DNA from: Anaeromyxobacter sp.
Lineage (GTDB): Bacteria > Myxococcota > Myxococcia > Myxococcales > Anaeromyxobacteraceae
DNA length: 64,000 nt
Direction of reading: 5' to 3'
NCBI GenBank assembly: GCA_049840735.1
Contig: JASGJN010000022.1
Span: 448,001-512,000 of the forward strand
Of this stretch, positions 31,475 through 45,040 are shown piece by piece; the stretch's first letter is position 1, and each line of letters opens with the position of its first letter. Below the pieces are notes generated by a model. That model had not been told where the DNA came from, searched no databases, and saw only the letters and a program-made list of their open reading frames with translations. Both the position numbers and the translations under genes were made by a program.

Positions 31475-33520
31475 ATGGCCCTGTTCCCCATGCCGAGCGC
31501 TGCCGCGGCGACTGACTACCTCTGGGCGATCATCCTCCTGCCCCTGGCGGGCGCCGTCGTGAACGGCCTGATCGGGCGCCGCATCGGCCGGTCCAACGTC
31601 ACGCTGATCGCCATCGGCGCCATGGTCGGGGCGCTGATCCTGTCGAGCATCGCGTTCTACCATGTGGCCTTCGGCCCGCGGGTGCCCTGGCTCAACTACG
31701 AGGGCGCCCAGTGGTTCAGCGGCACGGCGTGGGGGACCGGGCGGCTCCCCCTGGTGGGCTTCTCCTGGAGCCTGCTGGTCGATCGGCTCTCCGGGGTGAT
31801 GATCCTGGTCATCACCGGCGTCGGGACGCTCATCCACATCTACTCCGCGTCCTACATGTCCCATGAGGACGAGGCCGGGTACGCGCGCTACTTCGCCTAC
31901 CTGAACCTCTTCGTGGCGGCCATGCTGACGCTGGTGCTGGGCCACTCGCTGGTCCTCACGTTCGTGGGCTGGGAGGGCGTGGGGCTCTGCAGCTACCTGC
32001 TCATCGGCTTCTGGTTCACCGACCCGCAGAAGGCCTTCGCCGGCCGCAAGGCCTTCGTGGTCAACCGCATCGGCGACTTCGGCTTCCTGATCGGCGTCTT
32101 CTCGCTCCTGGCCATCTTCGGCACCGCCGACTACGTCGCGCTGGAGCAGGGCGCGCGCGCCATCACCGCCACCGCGCAGATCAGCGGCGGCGTGTTCGAC
32201 GGCTGGACCTACCAGCAGGCCATCACGCTGGCGCTGCTGGGGCTCTTCGTGGGCGCCGCCGGCAAGAGCGCCCAGCTGCCGCTCTACATCTGGCTGCCCG
32301 ACGCCATGGCCGGCCCGACGCCGGTCTCGGCCCTGATCCACGCCGCCACCATGGTCACCGCCGGCGTCTACCTGGTGGCCCGCAACGCCTACCTCTTCAC
32401 GCTGGCGCCGGCGGCCATGGCCACCGTCACCATCGTGGGCGCCGCCACCGCGCTCATCGCGGCGCTGATCGCCTTCGCCCAGAACGACATCAAGAAGGTG
32501 CTGGCCTACTCCACCGTCAGCCAGCTGGGCTTCATGTTCATCGGCGTGGGGGCCGGCGTCTGGTGGGCCGGCGTCCTGCACCTGGTCACGCACGCCTTCT
32601 TCAAGGCCTGCCTGTTCCTGGGCGCCGGCTCGGTGATGCACGGCATGGGGGACGAGACCGACATCCGCAAGATGGGCGGCCTGCTCCGGAAGATGCCGCA
32701 CACCGCGGCCACCTTCGGCGTCGCCACGCTGGCCATCACCGGGTTCGTCCCGCTCTCCGGCTTCTGGTCCAAGGACGCCATCCTGGGCGGCGCGCTGTTC
32801 AGCCATAACCCGGCCTGGCACCAGGTCGGGCTGGTCGCCTACGTGCTGGGCACCGTCGCCGCGCTGGGCACCGCCTTCTACATGACGCGCCTCTACGCGC
32901 TCGCGTTCTTCGGCAGGCCGCGCACGCACGCCGCCGAGCACGCGCACGAGTCGTCGCCGGTCATGACCGCGCCGCTCTGGATCCTGGCCATCCTCTCGGT
33001 GGTGGCGCTGGTGCTGGCGCTGCCCGGGCACGGGCCGCTCTCCGAGCTGTTCGCGAGGTACACCGAGCCGGTCTTCGGCGTGGCCACCGGGCGGCTGCGC
33101 TCGGTCGGTCACCTGCACGCGGGCGACCACCCGGCCTGGCCCTACCTCGCCGCCTGGGCCGTGGCGGCGGTGGGCACGGTCGCCGGCTACCTGATGTACG
33201 CCGGCGCCTGGACCCGCATCCCGGCCTGGTTCACCGCCACCTTCCGGCGCACCTACCGCTTCACCGCCGACAAGTTCCGGGTGGACGAGCTCTACGCCGT
33301 CCTGGTGGTGGAGCCCTTCCGCTTCATCGCCGGCGCGCTCTGGCGGGTGGTGGACGTGATCATCATCGACGGCATCGTGAACGGGATCGGGCGCGGCGCG
33401 CGCGCCATCGGCTCGATCTTCCGGGTGGTCCAGAACGGCGACCTGCAGCGCTACGCGGCCATCATGGCGCTGGCGGCGGCGGCCATCCTCTGGGCGGTCC
33501 TGGGCGCGGGGGGGCGCTGA
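31475..33520 (+). CDS. nuoL: NADH-quinone oxidoreductase subunit L
   Basis: GWEGVGLCSYLLIGFW, GKSAQLPL..WLPDAMAGPTPVSALIHAATMV, HAFFKA. Confidence 0.95.
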   Translation: MALFPMPSAAAATDYLWAIILLPLAGAVVNGLIGRRIGRSNVTLIAIGAMVGALILSSIAFYHVAFGPRVPWLNYEGAQWFSGTAWGTGRLPLVGFSWSLLVDRLSGVMILVITGVGTLIHIYSASYMSHEDEAGYARYFAYLNLFVAAMLTLVLGHSLVLTFVGWEGVGLCSYLLIGFWFTDPQKAFAGRKAFVVNRIGDFGFLIGVFSLLAIFGTADYVALEQGARAITATAQISGGVFDGWTYQQAITLALLGLFVGAAGKSAQLPLYIWLPDAMAGPTPVSALIHAATMVTAGVYLVARNAYLFTLAPAAMATVTIVGAATALIAALIAFAQNDIKKVLAYSTVSQLGFMFIGVGAGVWWAGVLHLVTHAFFKACLFLGAGSVMHGMGDETDIRKMGGLLRKMPHTAATFGVATLAITGFVPLSGFWSKDAILGGALFSHNPAWHQVGLVAYVLGTVAALGTAFYMTRLYALAFFGRPRTHAAEHAHESSPVMTAPLWILAILSVVALVLALPGHGPLSELFARYTEPVFGVATGRLRSVGHLHAGDHPAWPYLAAWAVAAVGTVAGYLMYAGAWTRIPAWFTATFRRTYRFTADKFRVDELYAVLVVEPFRFIAGALWRVVDVIIIDGIVNGIGRGARAIGSIFRVVQNGDLQRYAAIMALAAAAILWAVLGAGGR

Positions 33521-33522
33521 AC

Positions 33523-35099
33523 GTGAACCTGCTCACCATCGTCACCTTCGTCCCCCTGGCCGGCGCCCTGGCGCTGCTGATGCTCCCCCGCGACGAGGCG
33601 GGGCAGCACCGGGCCCTGGCCTTCGCGACCACGCTGGTCACCCTGGCGCTCTCGCTCGGGCTCTGGGCGGGCTTCACGCCCTCCGGCCCCGAGTTCCAGT
33701 TCGAGCAGCAGTCCGCCTGGATCCCCTCGCTGGGCATCAGCTACCACGTGGGCATCGACGGCGTGGCGCTGCTGCTCATCATGCTCACCACCGTGCTGGG
33801 GCCGGTGGTGGTGCTCTCGGCGTGGACCGCCATCCAGGACCGCGTGAAGGAGTTCCTGATCGCGCTGCTGGTCCTCGAGACGGCGATGATCGGCACCTTC
33901 GCCGCGCTCGACCTGGTGCTCTTCTACGTGTTCTGGGAGGCCATGCTGATCCCGATGTACCTGCTGATCGGGGTCTGGGGCTCGCAGAACCGGCTCTACG
34001 CGACGGTGAAGTTCTTCATCTACACCTTCGCGGCCAGCCTGCTGATGCTGGCGGCCATCCTCTACGTCTACTTCCACTCCGGCTCGCCGCAGACCTTCGA
34101 CTACCTGGCGGTGCGCGACCACCTGGACGTCACGCCGGCCGCGGCCGGCTGGCTCTTCCTGGCCTTCGGCGTGGCCTTCGCGGTCAAGGTGCCGATGTTC
34201 CCGCTGCACACCTGGCTGCCGGACGCGCACACCGAGGCGCCCACCGCCGGCTCGGTGATCCTGGCCGGCGTGCTCCTCAAGATGGGCACGTTCGGCTTCT
34301 TCCGCTACGCGATGCCGCTCTTCCCGGGCGCCGCGCTCGAGTACCGGCACGTCATCGCGGTGCTGGCGGTGATCGGCATCCTCTACGGCGCGCTCATGTC
34401 CTTCGTGCAGACCGACATGAAGCGGCTGGTGGCCTACTCCTCGGTCTCGCACCTCGGCTTCGTCATGCTGGGGCTGGCGGCGCTCTCCAGCGAGGCGTTG
34501 ACCGGGTCGGTCTACCAGATGCTCAACCACGGCGTCTCCACCGGCGCCCTGTTCCTCATCGTGGGGCTGCTCTACGAGCGGCGGCACACCCGCGAATCGC
34601 CCAGTACGGCGGCCTGGCCAAGCGCGTGCCGCTCATCGCGGCGGCCTTCATCCTGGTCACGCTCTCCTCCATCGGCCTGCCCGGCACCAACGGCTTCATC
34701 GGCGAGTTCCTGATCCTCTCCGGCACCTTCCTCTCGCGGCTGGGCAGCCCTGCCGCGCCGGTGCTGGCCACCCTGGCCGCGGTGGGCGTGATCCTGGGCG
34801 CGGTCTACATGCTCAAGCTGGTGGAGCGGGTCTTCCTCGGCCCCCTCCGCAACCCGGAGAACGCCGGGCTGCGCAATCTCTCGGTGCGCGAGGGGTTCGT
34901 CCTGGCGCCCATGATCGCGCTCATCCTGGTGATGGGGCTGGTGCCCCAGCCGTTCCTGGAGCGGGCCCGGCCGTCTGTGGACCAGCTGATGGCCCGCTTC
35001 CAGAAGGCGGGCAGGGCGGACCAGGTCGGCACGGTGCCCACCGCGCGCCCGGCGCCCTCCGCGCCCAGCGCCGCCCTCCCGCAGGTGGAGATCCGCTGA
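33523..35099 (+). CDS. nuoM: NADH-quinone oxidoreductase subunit M (frameshift ~34595)
   Basis: [45 protein letters not shown] in the next frame. Confidence 0.93.
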
Positions 35100-35100
35100 C

Positions 35101-36648
35101 ATGGACAAGTTCCCCGTCACCTCGTTCCTGGCGCTGCTGCCGGTCGCCATCCTCACGGCCGGCGCCCTGGTGCTGCTCATCAGCGAGGTGTTCCTGGTCT
35201 CCGGCAAGCGCGGGTACCAGGCGGTCCTGACCGTGGCCTTCTCGGCCGCCGCCGCCGTGGCCGCCATCGTGCTCCCGGCCAGCGGCCCCATCTTCGACGG
35301 CCAGGCCCGGGCCGACGCCTTCTCCGCCTTCGTGACCGTGATCGTCTGCGCCGGGCTGGGGCTGTCGGCGCTGGTCGGCGCCGGGTGGCTGGAGGCGCGC
35401 AACGCCGAGCGCGGCGAGTTCTACGCGCTCTCCGCCTTCGGCGCCGCCGGCATGGTGCTGCTGGGCATGGCCACCGACCTGCTGGTGGCCTTCATCTCCA
35501 TCGAGGTGATGAGCCTCTCCACCTACGCGCTGGCCGCCTACCTGCGCCGCGGCCGCCGCCCGTCGGAGGCCGCCTTCAAGTACCTGGTGCTGGGCGCGCT
35601 CTCCTCGGCCCTGCTCCTCTACGGCTCGGCGCTGCTCTACGGCGCCTGCGGCTCCACCCTCTTCTCCGACCTGCCCAAGGGGCACGGCAGCTCCATCTAC
35701 CTGGCCGGCCTGGCCCTGGTGGCGGCCGGGGTGGGGTTCAAGATCGCCGCCGTCCCGTTCCACGCCTGGACGCCCGACGTGTACGAGGGCGCCCCCACGC
35801 CGGTCACCGCCTTCATGGCCGCGGGCGTGAAGACGGCCGCCTTCGCGCTGATCCTGCGGGTGTTCCTGGCGGCGGAGACCGGCCCGATGGCCAGGCTGGC
35901 CGTCTTCGGCCCCATGGTCCTCTCGCCGCTGGCCGCGCTGACCATGATCTTCGGCAACCTGCTGGCGGTCCCGCAGCGGAGCGTGAAGCGGATGCTGGCC
36001 TACTCCTCCATCGCCCACGCCGGCTACCTGCTGGTGGGGGTGGTGGCCGCCGAGCAGCCTGGCGCCCGGGACCTGGCGGTGGGCGGCATCCTCTTCTACC
36101 TGGCGGTCTACGCCGCCTCGGCCATCGGCGCGTTCGCCGTGGTGGGGGCGCTGGAGCGGCGGGCCCGGCTCGACGCCGAGCCGCCCGAGGCGTGGGACCT
36201 GTCCCGCTTCGCCGGCCTCGCCCGCCGGCGGCCGGTCCTGGCCTTCGCCATGGCGGTCTTCCTGCTCTCCCTGGCCGGCATCCCGCCCACCGCGGGCTTC
36301 TTCGCCAAGCTGTACGTGTTCAAGGCGGCCATCGGCGCCGGGATGTACCCCCTGGCCATCCTCGGCCTCCTGACCAGCGCGCTGGGCGCGTACTACTACC
36401 TGCGCGTCGTGATCTACATGTACATGTTCCAGCCCGAGGGCAGCGCGGAGGAGTCGCTCGACGCGCCCTCGCTGACGGTGGCGCTGGCGGGCGCCGTGGC
36501 CGTGGTGGTGGTGCTGGGCTTCGTCGCCGAGCCGCTGGTCACGTGGGCGCAGGCCAGCGCGGCCAGCGCCTTCAACACGCCTGGCCCGGCGCTCTCGCAG
36601 GTGCCGGCCCCGCCGCCGCTCCTGCCGTCCGCCCAGGTGGTGCGGTAG
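35101..36648 (+). CDS. nuoN: NADH-quinone oxidoreductase subunit N
   Basis: [51 protein letters not shown]. Confidence 0.95.
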   Translation: MDKFPVTSFLALLPVAILTAGALVLLISEVFLVSGKRGYQAVLTVAFSAAAAVAAIVLPASGPIFDGQARADAFSAFVTVIVCAGLGLSALVGAGWLEARNAERGEFYALSAFGAAGMVLLGMATDLLVAFISIEVMSLSTYALAAYLRRGRRPSEAAFKYLVLGALSSALLLYGSALLYGACGSTLFSDLPKGHGSSIYLAGLALVAAGVGFKIAAVPFHAWTPDVYEGAPTPVTAFMAAGVKTAAFALILRVFLAAETGPMARLAVFGPMVLSPLAALTMIFGNLLAVPQRSVKRMLAYSSIAHAGYLLVGVVAAEQPGARDLAVGGILFYLAVYAASAIGAFAVVGALERRARLDAEPPEAWDLSRFAGLARRRPVLAFAMAVFLLSLAGIPPTAGFFAKLYVFKAAIGAGMYPLAILGLLTSALGAYYYLRVVIYMYMFQPEGSAEESLDAPSLTVALAGAVAVVVVLGFVAEPLVTWAQASAASAFNTPGPALSQVPAPPPLLPSAQVVR

Positions 36649-36693
36649 CCCCCGCGGCGCCCGCGGCGTCCAGGGGCCCGCGTGAGGCCCCTG

Positions 36694-36801
36694 TCCGTCG
36701 ACTTCGCGCCCGCCGTGCGGGCGCTACGCTCAGGACGAACGGATCGACAGCCCCGTTCGCCCTGAGCCCTTCGACAGCTCAGGGCAGGCGGAGTCGAAGG
36801 G
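36694..36801. repeat. REP-like palindromic element pair
   Basis: GTCGACTTCGCG-hairpin-CTACGCTCAGGACGAACGG plus inverted CCGTTCGCCCTGAGC...GAGTCGAAGGG. Confidence 0.85.
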
Positions 36802-36819
36802 CCGGCCGGCTGGGCGTCG

Positions 36820-37152
36820 TCAGTGCGTGCGCCCGGCCAGCTCGGTCGCGCCGAACGGCTTGGGCAAGAGCTCGGCCAGCGGGTGGCGCCGGCCCACGCC
36901 GGCCAGCAGCTCGGGGTACGGGCCGGTCAGGACCGTGCGCAGCCCGCTGCGCAGCGCGGCCTCCACCAGCAGCTCCGCGCCGGCCAGGTGCGCGTCGATC
37001 ACGCAGCAGCCCACGTTGCCCAGCGCCAGCTGGGCGATGGCCTCCTCCGCCGAGGAGGCGCAGGTGGTGGGGTGCCCGTCGAGGCGGAGGCCGATGGCCG
37101 TGGCCTCGCGAAAGGCCCGATCGCCATCCGCGATCAGGTAGGACGTCGGCAT
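36820..37152 (-). CDS. single-domain atypical response regulator receiver
   Basis: YLIADGD...VIDAHL...VLTG...LPKPF, 110 aa; no clear SD. Confidence 0.7.
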   Translation of the reverse strand: MPTSYLIADGDRAFREATAIGLRLDGHPTTCASSAEEAIAQLALGNVGCCVIDAHLAGAELLVEAALRSGLRTVLTGPYPELLAGVGRRHPLAELLPKPFGATELAGRTH

Positions 37153-37166
37153 TGCGCCGCCCGGGC

Positions 37167-37239
37167 AAAAAAAAAGAACTGCAAAGCGCAGCTGAAGTGG
37201 CGGGGGGGGACCTACCTCAACGGGCTGCTTTGCAGTTCT
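37167..37239 (-). terminator. intrinsic terminator formed by the sRNA hairpin
   Basis: 13-bp perfect basal stem ending in a run of 9 T on the - strand, exceptional in this GC-rich sequence. Confidence 0.8.
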
Positions 37240-37241
37240 GT
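37167..37241 (-). ncRNA. putative sigma54-dependent hairpin sRNA with C-rich loop (Pxr-like context)
   Basis: AGAACTGCAAAGC...TGAGGT-AGGT-C8-GCC-ACTTCA...GCTTTGCAGTTCT-T run; starts ~12 nt after the sigma54 -12 box. Confidence 0.72.
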
Positions 37242-37251
37242 CCGGATACAG

Positions 37252-37268
37252 AGCAAGCAGGGTGCCAG
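37252..37268 (-). promoter_or_regulatory. sigma54 (-24/-12) promoter
   Basis: CTGGCACCCTGCTTGCT matches TGGCAC-N5-TTGCW with exact GG-N10-GC spacing. Confidence 0.88.
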
Positions 37269-37386
37269 CCGGGTTCAATCGCCCTGATGCGGGCGCAGCC
37301 TCGAGTGATCACGCGGGGTTGACCGTGGGATCGGGCGGTGCCGGGCACCGCGCGGCCCGCCGCCGGGGCCGGCCCAGTTCACTCCT

Positions 37387-37428
37387 GCGTTTCAGATCTG
37401 AAAGGCGCATTTCACAACTGCAATGCGC
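37387..37428. promoter_or_regulatory. tandem palindromic upstream activator sites (putative bEBP enhancer)
   Basis: TTTCAGATCTGAAA at 37390 and TTTCACAACTGCAA at 37410, 20 bp apart and ~150-180 bp upstream of the predicted start. Confidence 0.65.
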
Positions 37429-37444
37429 CGTGTGGCAGGCGCGC

Positions 37445-38905
<1,461 letters not shown>

Positions 38906-38940
38906 GGAGGGGGAATCTTGTGCCCGTTCGGGTCCGGTTT

Positions 38941-41900
38941 TCAACTGCGCTCCGCGTCCTCGGTCGGCTCCAGCGGGAAGCGCAGGGTCATGACGGTGCC
39001 CGCGCCGGGCCGGGTCCGGACCGAGATCTCGCCGCCGTGGCCCTCCATGATGCGCTTCACCACCGCCAGGCCCAGGCCGGTGCCGCTGGCCTTGGTGGTG
39101 AAGAAGGGCTCGAAGATCCTTCTCCGGACCTCCTCCGGGATGCCGGCGCCGGTGTCCTCCAGCTCCACCGCGGCCCAGGGGCCCTCGCGCCGCAGGCGCA
39201 CGGTGAGGACGCCACCGCGCGGCATGGACTGGGCGGCGTTGACCGCCACGTTGACCACCGCCTGGCGCACCAGCCGCTCGTCCAGCGGCACCGGCGGCAG
39301 CTCCTCCTCCACCTCGCGCCGCACCTCCACGCCGCCGGCGTGCTGGACCAGCGCCGCCGCCACGGCGTCGTCCACCACCCGCTCCAGCTTCTCCGGGTGG
39401 AGGACCGGGGTGGACGGCCGGGCGAAGTCGAGCAGGTCGCCCACGATCCGGTTGAGCCGGTCGGCCTCCTCGCCCACGATGTCGAGCAGGAGCCGGGCGT
39501 CGCCCTCCGGCCGGAGCAGGCGGCGCAGCGAGCCGAGCGAGTTGAAGATCACGCCCAGCGGGTTGCGCACCTCGTGGGCCACCACCGCCGAGAGCTCGCC
39601 CAGGGCCGCCAGCCGCTCCTGCTGGATGAGCTGGCGCTGCGCCTGGGCCAGCTCGGCGTAGCTCTGGCGCAGGTCGTCGTAGAGGCGGGCGTTCTCCACC
39701 GCCACCGCCAGCTGGTTGGCCACCGCGGCGGCCCGCTCCACCTCGGCGCGCTGGAAGGCGCGCGGCCCGCGGCTCTCCACGATCATGGTGGAGCCGATGA
39801 GCCGGTCGCGGACCATCAGCGGCAGCACCAGGTAGGCGCGCCCGCCCACCTTCTCGCGCTGCTCCGGGAGGATGCGCGGGTCGCTGAGCACGTCCTCCAC
39901 CAGGATGGGCTCGCGCCGCTCCATGGCCAGCGCGCCCAGCGTGCCGGGCCGGTCCACCGGCGGCCGCGTGCCGATCAGCTCGCGCGGCCCGCCCCACACC
40001 GCGCGCACTTGCAGTCCCTTCCCGCCGTCCACCGCCAGCGCCAGCAGGGCGGTGGGGGCCTCGACGATGCGGGCCAGGTTGCGCACGCCCGCCTCCAGCA
40101 CCTGCTCGATGTCGAGCGTGGCCACCAGGGCGCGCCCCACCTCGTGCAGCAGCGACAGCTCCTCGGCGCGGCGGCGCGTCTCCTGGTAGAGGCGCGCGTT
40201 GTCCACCGCCACCGCCAGCTGGCTGGCGATGGCCACCGCCCGCGAGAGCTCGCCCGGTGAGTAGCCGCGCCCCGGGGCGGCCGAGACCAGCGCCACGCCC
40301 ACCGGGTGATCGCGCACGTGGAGGGGCACCGCCAGCGCCGGGCCGCCCGAGTCCGGGACCTGGCCGGTGACCGGGGCGCGCGCGTCCAGCGCCTCGCGCA
40401 GCACCGAGCGATCCGAGAGCGGCAGCGACGGCGGGCCCAGCGGCGGGCCGCGGTGGGCGGCGCGGCGCAGCTCCTGGCGGCGCGGGTCGTCGAGCAGGAT
40501 GGTGCAGCCGCCCGCGCCCAGGGTCTGCTTGAGGTGCTCGGCGCCGGCCAGCAGCACCTCGTCGAGGTCCAGCGAGGAGGAGACCACGCGGGCCACGTCG
40601 ATGACCGTGGCCAGCTCGGCCAGGCGCCCGCGGGCCTCGCTGTAGAGCCGGGCGTTCTCGATGCCCACCGCCAGCTCGCCGGCCAGCGCCGTGGCCAGGG
40701 CCCGCTCCTCCGGGGCGAAGGCGCGCCCGGGGGCGCCGGCCACCAGCAGCACGCCCACGGTGGCGGCGCGGGCCACCAGCGGCACGGCCAGCGCCGACAT
40801 GGGCGGCACGCCGGAGCGGCCGTAGAGGGCGCTGCGGGGATCGCGGGTCAGGTCGTCGGAGCCCACCGGCTCGCCGGTGCGGATGGCCTCCTCCACCAGG
40901 CCGTCGCGGGCCAGCGGGCGCCGGGCGCGGTCCGGCTCGAGGCGCGCGCCCACCGCCGCGGCGGTGTGCAGGGTCTGGCCGTCCTCGTCCACCAGCAGGA
41001 GCGCCGCCGAGGCGCAGCCCAGGGCGCTGGCGGCGGCGCGGCAGCCGTCGTCGAGCAGCGCGCGCACGTCGCCCGGGGCGTTGGCGAAGATGCGCTGGGT
41101 GATGCGGTGGACCGCCTCCAGGTCGGAGAGGCGGCGGCGCACGTCGGCGAAGAGCCGCGCGTTCTCCACCGCCACGCCCAGCTGGACGCCCAGCGCGGCC
41201 AGCAGCCGGACCTCGCCCTCGCCGACGGCGCGGCGATCGCGGCGGGCCACCACCAGCGCGCCCACCGCCGCCCGGCCCTTGGCCAGCAGCGGCACCGCCA
41301 CGCTGGCGCGCAGCCCCTCGCGCGCCACCACCTCGGTGGTGGTGGCGTCCAGCGCCGGGTCCCCCTCCACGGCCAGCACCGGCGCCAGCCGCTGCACCGC
41401 CTGCCCGGCCAGCCCGTCGCCCGGGGCCACCCGCTCCAGCCGGCGCAGCGTGTTCACGTCCAGGCCGGCCGCGGCCACCAGCTTGAGCGCGTCGCCCTCG
41501 CGCACGAAGGCGGCGCCGGCCTGCGCCTCCAGCGTGGCGCAGACCCGGCGCAGCGCGCTGTCGAGCAGCAGCACCGGGTCGAGCTGCGCGCTGGCCATGG
41601 AGACGTCGTTGAGCAGCGTCAGCTCGGCCACGCGCCGGCGCAGGTCGGTCAGCAGCGTGTTGGACTCGATGGCGCTGGCGAAGTGGCCGGCCGCGGCGCC
41701 CAGCAGGTCGAGCCGGGCCCGCGCCTCCTCCGCCGGCGCGGCGAAGGCCGCCGCCATCACGCCCACGGTGCGGGAGCGGGCCACCAGCGGCACCCAGGCC
41801 GTGGCCGGCCAGTCCCCCAGCGGCGCCTCCCCGGCGGCCGGCTCCCCGGCGCTGACGACGCGCGCCAGCCGCTCCTCCGCCACCAGCGCCAGCTCCGAGC

Positions 41901-42981
41901 CGGCCGGCACCTCGGGCGGCGGGACCGCGGGGTCGGCCGGGTGCGCCGGGTGGCGCCGGAGCAGCCGGCCGCTGGCCTCGTCCAGCGCGTAGACCGCCAG
42001 CGCGGCGGCGCCGGAGGCGCGGCGCAGCTCCTCCTCGGCCCGCTGGAAGAAGGCCTCCAGGTCGCTCACCTCGCCCAGCAGCTCGGCGATGCGGTTGAGG
42101 GCGGCCAGGTCGGCGTTGTGGCGGGAGAGCTCGGCGATGGTCCGGGCCGCGTCCAGCGCCGCCGCCACCTGCGCGCCGAAGAGCCGGCCGGCCGGGACGT
42201 CCTCGGCGCGCAGCCAGTCGCCGATCAGCACCAGGTAGTGGCGCACGCCGGTCCGCTCGTCGAGCCGGATGGCCACCGCGCGGGAGAGGCCGTGCGAGGC
42301 GGCCAGCGAGCGGGTGACCTCGGCGTGGATGAGCGGCACGAAGGCGGCCGCCTCGGACGCCCAGTCGTCGGAGAAGGCCACGCCCTCGTCCCAGGCGGTG
42401 CGGGCGAAGCCGGTCCAGTGGCCGGTGAACCCCTCCACGTCCTGGCCCAGCTGGCCGCGGAAGGCCTCCTCCAGCACGGTGGGCAGGCCGGTCCAGACCA
42501 CCCGCACGCCCTCCGGCATGGCCCGCAGCAGCATGGGGGTGATGCCGAGCGGCGGCAGCGCCTCGCGCAGGTGCGCGAAGAGGTCGGCCTCGCTCCGCTC
42601 GCCCTGGATGGCCGCGCCCAGCGCCGCCAGCGCCTCCAGCCGCGGACGCCGCGCCGCCTGGGCGGTGACGTCGCGCAGCCCCACCACCACGTCGCCGCCC
42701 TCCCGCTCCACGCGGAGCTCGACGGTGACGCGGGCGCCGTCCGGCCGGAGCAGCACCGCCTCGTACTCGCTCGGCACCGGCTCGCCGCGCAGCCGCCGCT
42801 CGTGGCGCTCGGCCACGCGCCCGCGGTCCTCCGGCGCGAACAGGTCGGCGAAGGGGAGCCCCAGCAGCGCCGGCAGCGGCCGGCCGGCCAGCGCGGCCGC
42901 GCCCTCGCTGGCCATGGCGATGCGCCGCTCGCGCAGCATGACCGTGCCGGTCTGGTGGCGCTCGCGGGCCGGGGCGGTCAC
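38941..42981 (-). CDS. cytoplasmic PAS + multi-GAF sensor histidine kinase
   Basis: PAS, about six GAF-like repeats ending in ENARL-type linkers, [25 protein letters not shown]. Confidence 0.9.
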   Translation of the reverse strand: MTAPARERHQTGTVMLRERRIAMASEGAAALAGRPLPALLGLPFADLFAPEDRGRVAERHERRLRGEPVPSEYEAVLLRPDGARVTVELRVEREGGDVVVGLRDVTAQAARRPRLEALAALGAAIQGERSEADLFAHLREALPPLGITPMLLRAMPEGVRVVWTGLPTVLEEAFRGQLGQDVEGFTGHWTGFARTAWDEGVAFSDDWASEAAAFVPLIHAEVTRSLAASHGLSRAVAIRLDERTGVRHYLVLIGDWLRAEDVPAGRLFGAQVAAALDAARTIAELSRHNADLAALNRIAELLGEVSDLEAFFQRAEEELRRASGAAALAVYALDEASGRLLRRHPAHPADPAVPPPEVPAGSELALVAEERLARVVSAGEPAAGEAPLGDWPATAWVPLVARSRTVGVMAAAFAAPAEEARARLDLLGAAAGHFASAIESNTLLTDLRRRVAELTLLNDVSMASAQLDPVLLLDSALRRVCATLEAQAGAAFVREGDALKLVAAAGLDVNTLRRLERVAPGDGLAGQAVQRLAPVLAVEGDPALDATTTEVVAREGLRASVAVPLLAKGRAAVGALVVARRDRRAVGEGEVRLLAALGVQLGVAVENARLFADVRRRLSDLEAVHRITQRIFANAPGDVRALLDDGCRAAASALGCASAALLLVDEDGQTLHTAAAVGARLEPDRARRPLARDGLVEEAIRTGEPVGSDDLTRDPRSALYGRSGVPPMSALAVPLVARAATVGVLLVAGAPGRAFAPEERALATALAGELAVGIENARLYSEARGRLAELATVIDVARVVSSSLDLDEVLLAGAEHLKQTLGAGGCTILLDDPRRQELRRAAHRGPPLGPPSLPLSDRSVLREALDARAPVTGQVPDSGGPALAVPLHVRDHPVGVALVSAAPGRGYSPGELSRAVAIASQLAVAVDNARLYQETRRRAEELSLLHEVGRALVATLDIEQVLEAGVRNLARIVEAPTALLALAVDGGKGLQVRAVWGGPRELIGTRPPVDRPGTLGALAMERREPILVEDVLSDPRILPEQREKVGGRAYLVLPLMVRDRLIGSTMIVESRGPRAFQRAEVERAAAVANQLAVAVENARLYDDLRQSYAELAQAQRQLIQQERLAALGELSAVVAHEVRNPLGVIFNSLGSLRRLLRPEGDARLLLDIVGEEADRLNRIVGDLLDFARPSTPVLHPEKLERVVDDAVAAALVQHAGGVEVRREVEEELPPVPLDERLVRQAVVNVAVNAAQSMPRGGVLTVRLRREGPWAAVELEDTGAGIPEEVRRRIFEPFFTTKASGTGLGLAVVKRIMEGHGGEISVRTRPGAGTVMTLRFPLEPTEDAERS

Positions 42982-44912
42982 GGGCGGCCCTCCCCGCGCA
43001 GCACCCGGCGCTCGCCCACCCGCAGCGTGACCTTCTCGCGATCGAAGTACTCGGCCAGCGGGATGACGTGCTTGCGGGTGGCGCCCACCAGCTCCTTGAA
43101 CTGCTGGGTGGTGATCTCGCGGTGCTCGCGCAGCCAGGCCACCAGGCGCGCCTGCAGCCCGGCCACGGCGGCGGCGTCGAACCAGAGCTCGCTCGAGGCC
43201 CGCACCACGCGCCCCTCGGCCAGCAGCAGCTTCAGCACCGCGGTCACGTCGCCGGCCGGGGCCCCGGCGGCGGCGGGCAGCTCGGCGAGCCAGGGGGGCG
43301 TGAGGCCGCCCTCCGCCAGCAGCGCCGCCACCCGCTCGCGGAGCGCGCCGCCGCTGCCGCCGGCGGCGGCCCTGTGCGCGGCGGCGCGGACCTGCTCGCC
43401 CTCCAGCACCAGCGCCCCGCGCTCCGCCGCGGCCTGCAGCAGCCGCTGGAAGAGGCGCGGCTCGACCACCGGCGGCAGCCGGCCCCGCAGCGCCTCGCGC
43501 CCGGCGCCCGCGGCCAGCGGCTGCGCCGCGTGGAAGGCGGCCACCGCCTCCTCCAGCCGCCGCGAGAGCTCGCGGGCCACCGCCCCGGCCACCCAGGCGC
43601 GCCGCTCCCGGTCGAAGAGCAGCGCCTCGCCGCGGGCGCCCAGCCGCTCCAGCGCGCCCTGCGCCGCGCGCGCGGAGAGGGCGGTCCGGCCAAGCAGCGC
43701 CGGCAGGTCCAGCCCCGCCGGCCCCGCCGCCTCCAGCACCGCCCTCACCCGCGCCTCCGGGTCACCTGCCCCCAGCGCGGAGAGCCCCGCCAGCGCCTCC
43801 GGCCGGCCGCGCCGCCGCCGCCGGGCCGCCACGCCCAGCACCCGGCCGCCGGCCAGCGTGGCGCCGCGCCCCTCCAGCGCCGCGAAGCCGCGCAGCACGA
43901 AGCGCTGCCCGGGGAGCGCCGCGGTCGGGGCGGCCAGCCGGAGCTGCGCCGGGGCGGTGGCGCCCGGCGCCAGCTCGCCGCGGTCGAGCAGCCCCACCGT
44001 GGCCTGCACCTGCGCGGTCCCCACGTGCAGCAGCAGCCGGGCGCGGTGGCGCAGCGGGCGGGGCGCGGCCGCCAGCAGCGCCAGCTCCACGTCCAGCACG
44101 CTCGAGGCGGGCACCACGCCGGCCCCGGCCAGCGCCTGCCCGCGGCGCACCTGGGCCGGCTCGACGCCGGGCAGGTTCACCGCCGTCCGCTGGCCGGCGC
44201 GGGCGCGCTCCACCGGCTGCCCGTGCACCTGGACCGAGCGCACCCGGAGCGGCTCGCGTCCGGGCGGGAGCAGGGCCAGCGCGTCCTCGGGCGCGATGGC
44301 CCCGGAGAGCAGCGTACCGGTGACCACCGTTCCGAAGCCCTTGAGCGAGAAGGCGCGGTCGATGGGGAGGAAGACCGGGCCGTCGGCCGGGCGCGGGGGG
44401 ACCGTAGCCGCCAGCGCGCCCAGGGCCTCGCGGAGCGCGTCCAGGCCGGCGCCGGTGCGGGCCGAGACCGGCACCACCGGGGCGTCCTCGAGGAAGGTGC
44501 CCGCCACCGCGGCGCGCAGCTCCTGCTCCAGCAGCGGCAGCCAGCCGGCGCCGAGGCCGGGCAGGAGGTCCGCCTTGGTCACCACCAGGAGCCCGCGCGG
44601 TACGCCCAGCAGCCGGCACACGTCGAGGTGCTCGCGGGTCTGGGGCATCACCCCCTCGTCCGCCGCCACCACCAGCATCACCAGGTCGATGCCGCCGGCG
44701 CCGGCCACCATGGCGCGCACGAAGCGCTCGTGGCCGGGGACGTCCACCACGCCCAGGGGCTCCAGCCCGGGCAGGGCCAGGTGCGCGAAGCCCAGCTCGA
44801 TGGTGATGCCGCGCCGCTTCTCCTCCTCGAGCCGGTCGGTGTCGATCCCGGTGAGCGCCCGGACGAGCGCCGTCTTGCCGTGATCGACGTGGCCGGCGGT
44901 GCCGAGGATCAT
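42978..44912 (-). CDS. selB: selenocysteine-specific elongation factor
   Basis: [24 protein letters not shown]-terminal winged helix [13 protein letters not shown]. Confidence 0.95.
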   Translation of the reverse strand: MILGTAGHVDHGKTALVRALTGIDTDRLEEEKRRGITIELGFAHLALPGLEPLGVVDVPGHERFVRAMVAGAGGIDLVMLVVAADEGVMPQTREHLDVCRLLGVPRGLLVVTKADLLPGLGAGWLPLLEQELRAAVAGTFLEDAPVVPVSARTGAGLDALREALGALAATVPPRPADGPVFLPIDRAFSLKGFGTVVTGTLLSGAIAPEDALALLPPGREPLRVRSVQVHGQPVERARAGQRTAVNLPGVEPAQVRRGQALAGAGVVPASSVLDVELALLAAAPRPLRHRARLLLHVGTAQVQATVGLLDRGELAPGATAPAQLRLAAPTAALPGQRFVLRGFAALEGRGATLAGGRVLGVAARRRRRGRPEALAGLSALGAGDPEARVRAVLEAAGPAGLDLPALLGRTALSARAAQGALERLGARGEALLFDRERRAWVAGAVARELSRRLEEAVAAFHAAQPLAAGAGREALRGRLPPVVEPRLFQRLLQAAAERGALVLEGEQVRAAAHRAAAGGSGGALRERVAALLAEGGLTPPWLAELPAAAGAPAGDVTAVLKLLLAEGRVVRASSELWFDAAAVAGLQARLVAWLREHREITTQQFKELVGATRKHVIPLAEYFDREKVTLRVGERRVLRGEGRP

Positions 44913-44967
44913 GTGTGACGGGCCTCACCCCACGCCTGCTGCGGCTGCGTCCCCGGCCTGACCACGG

Positions 44968-45014
44968 CCGTTCACCCTGAGCGTAGCGGCGCGAAGCGCC
45001 GCGAAGTCGAAGGG
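44968..45014. repeat. REP-like palindromic element
   Basis: CCGTTCACCCTGAGCGTAG-hairpin-GAAGTCGAAGGG. Confidence 0.85.
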
Positions 45015-45040
45015 CCACCCCGCCGGCCGCGTCCGGACCA

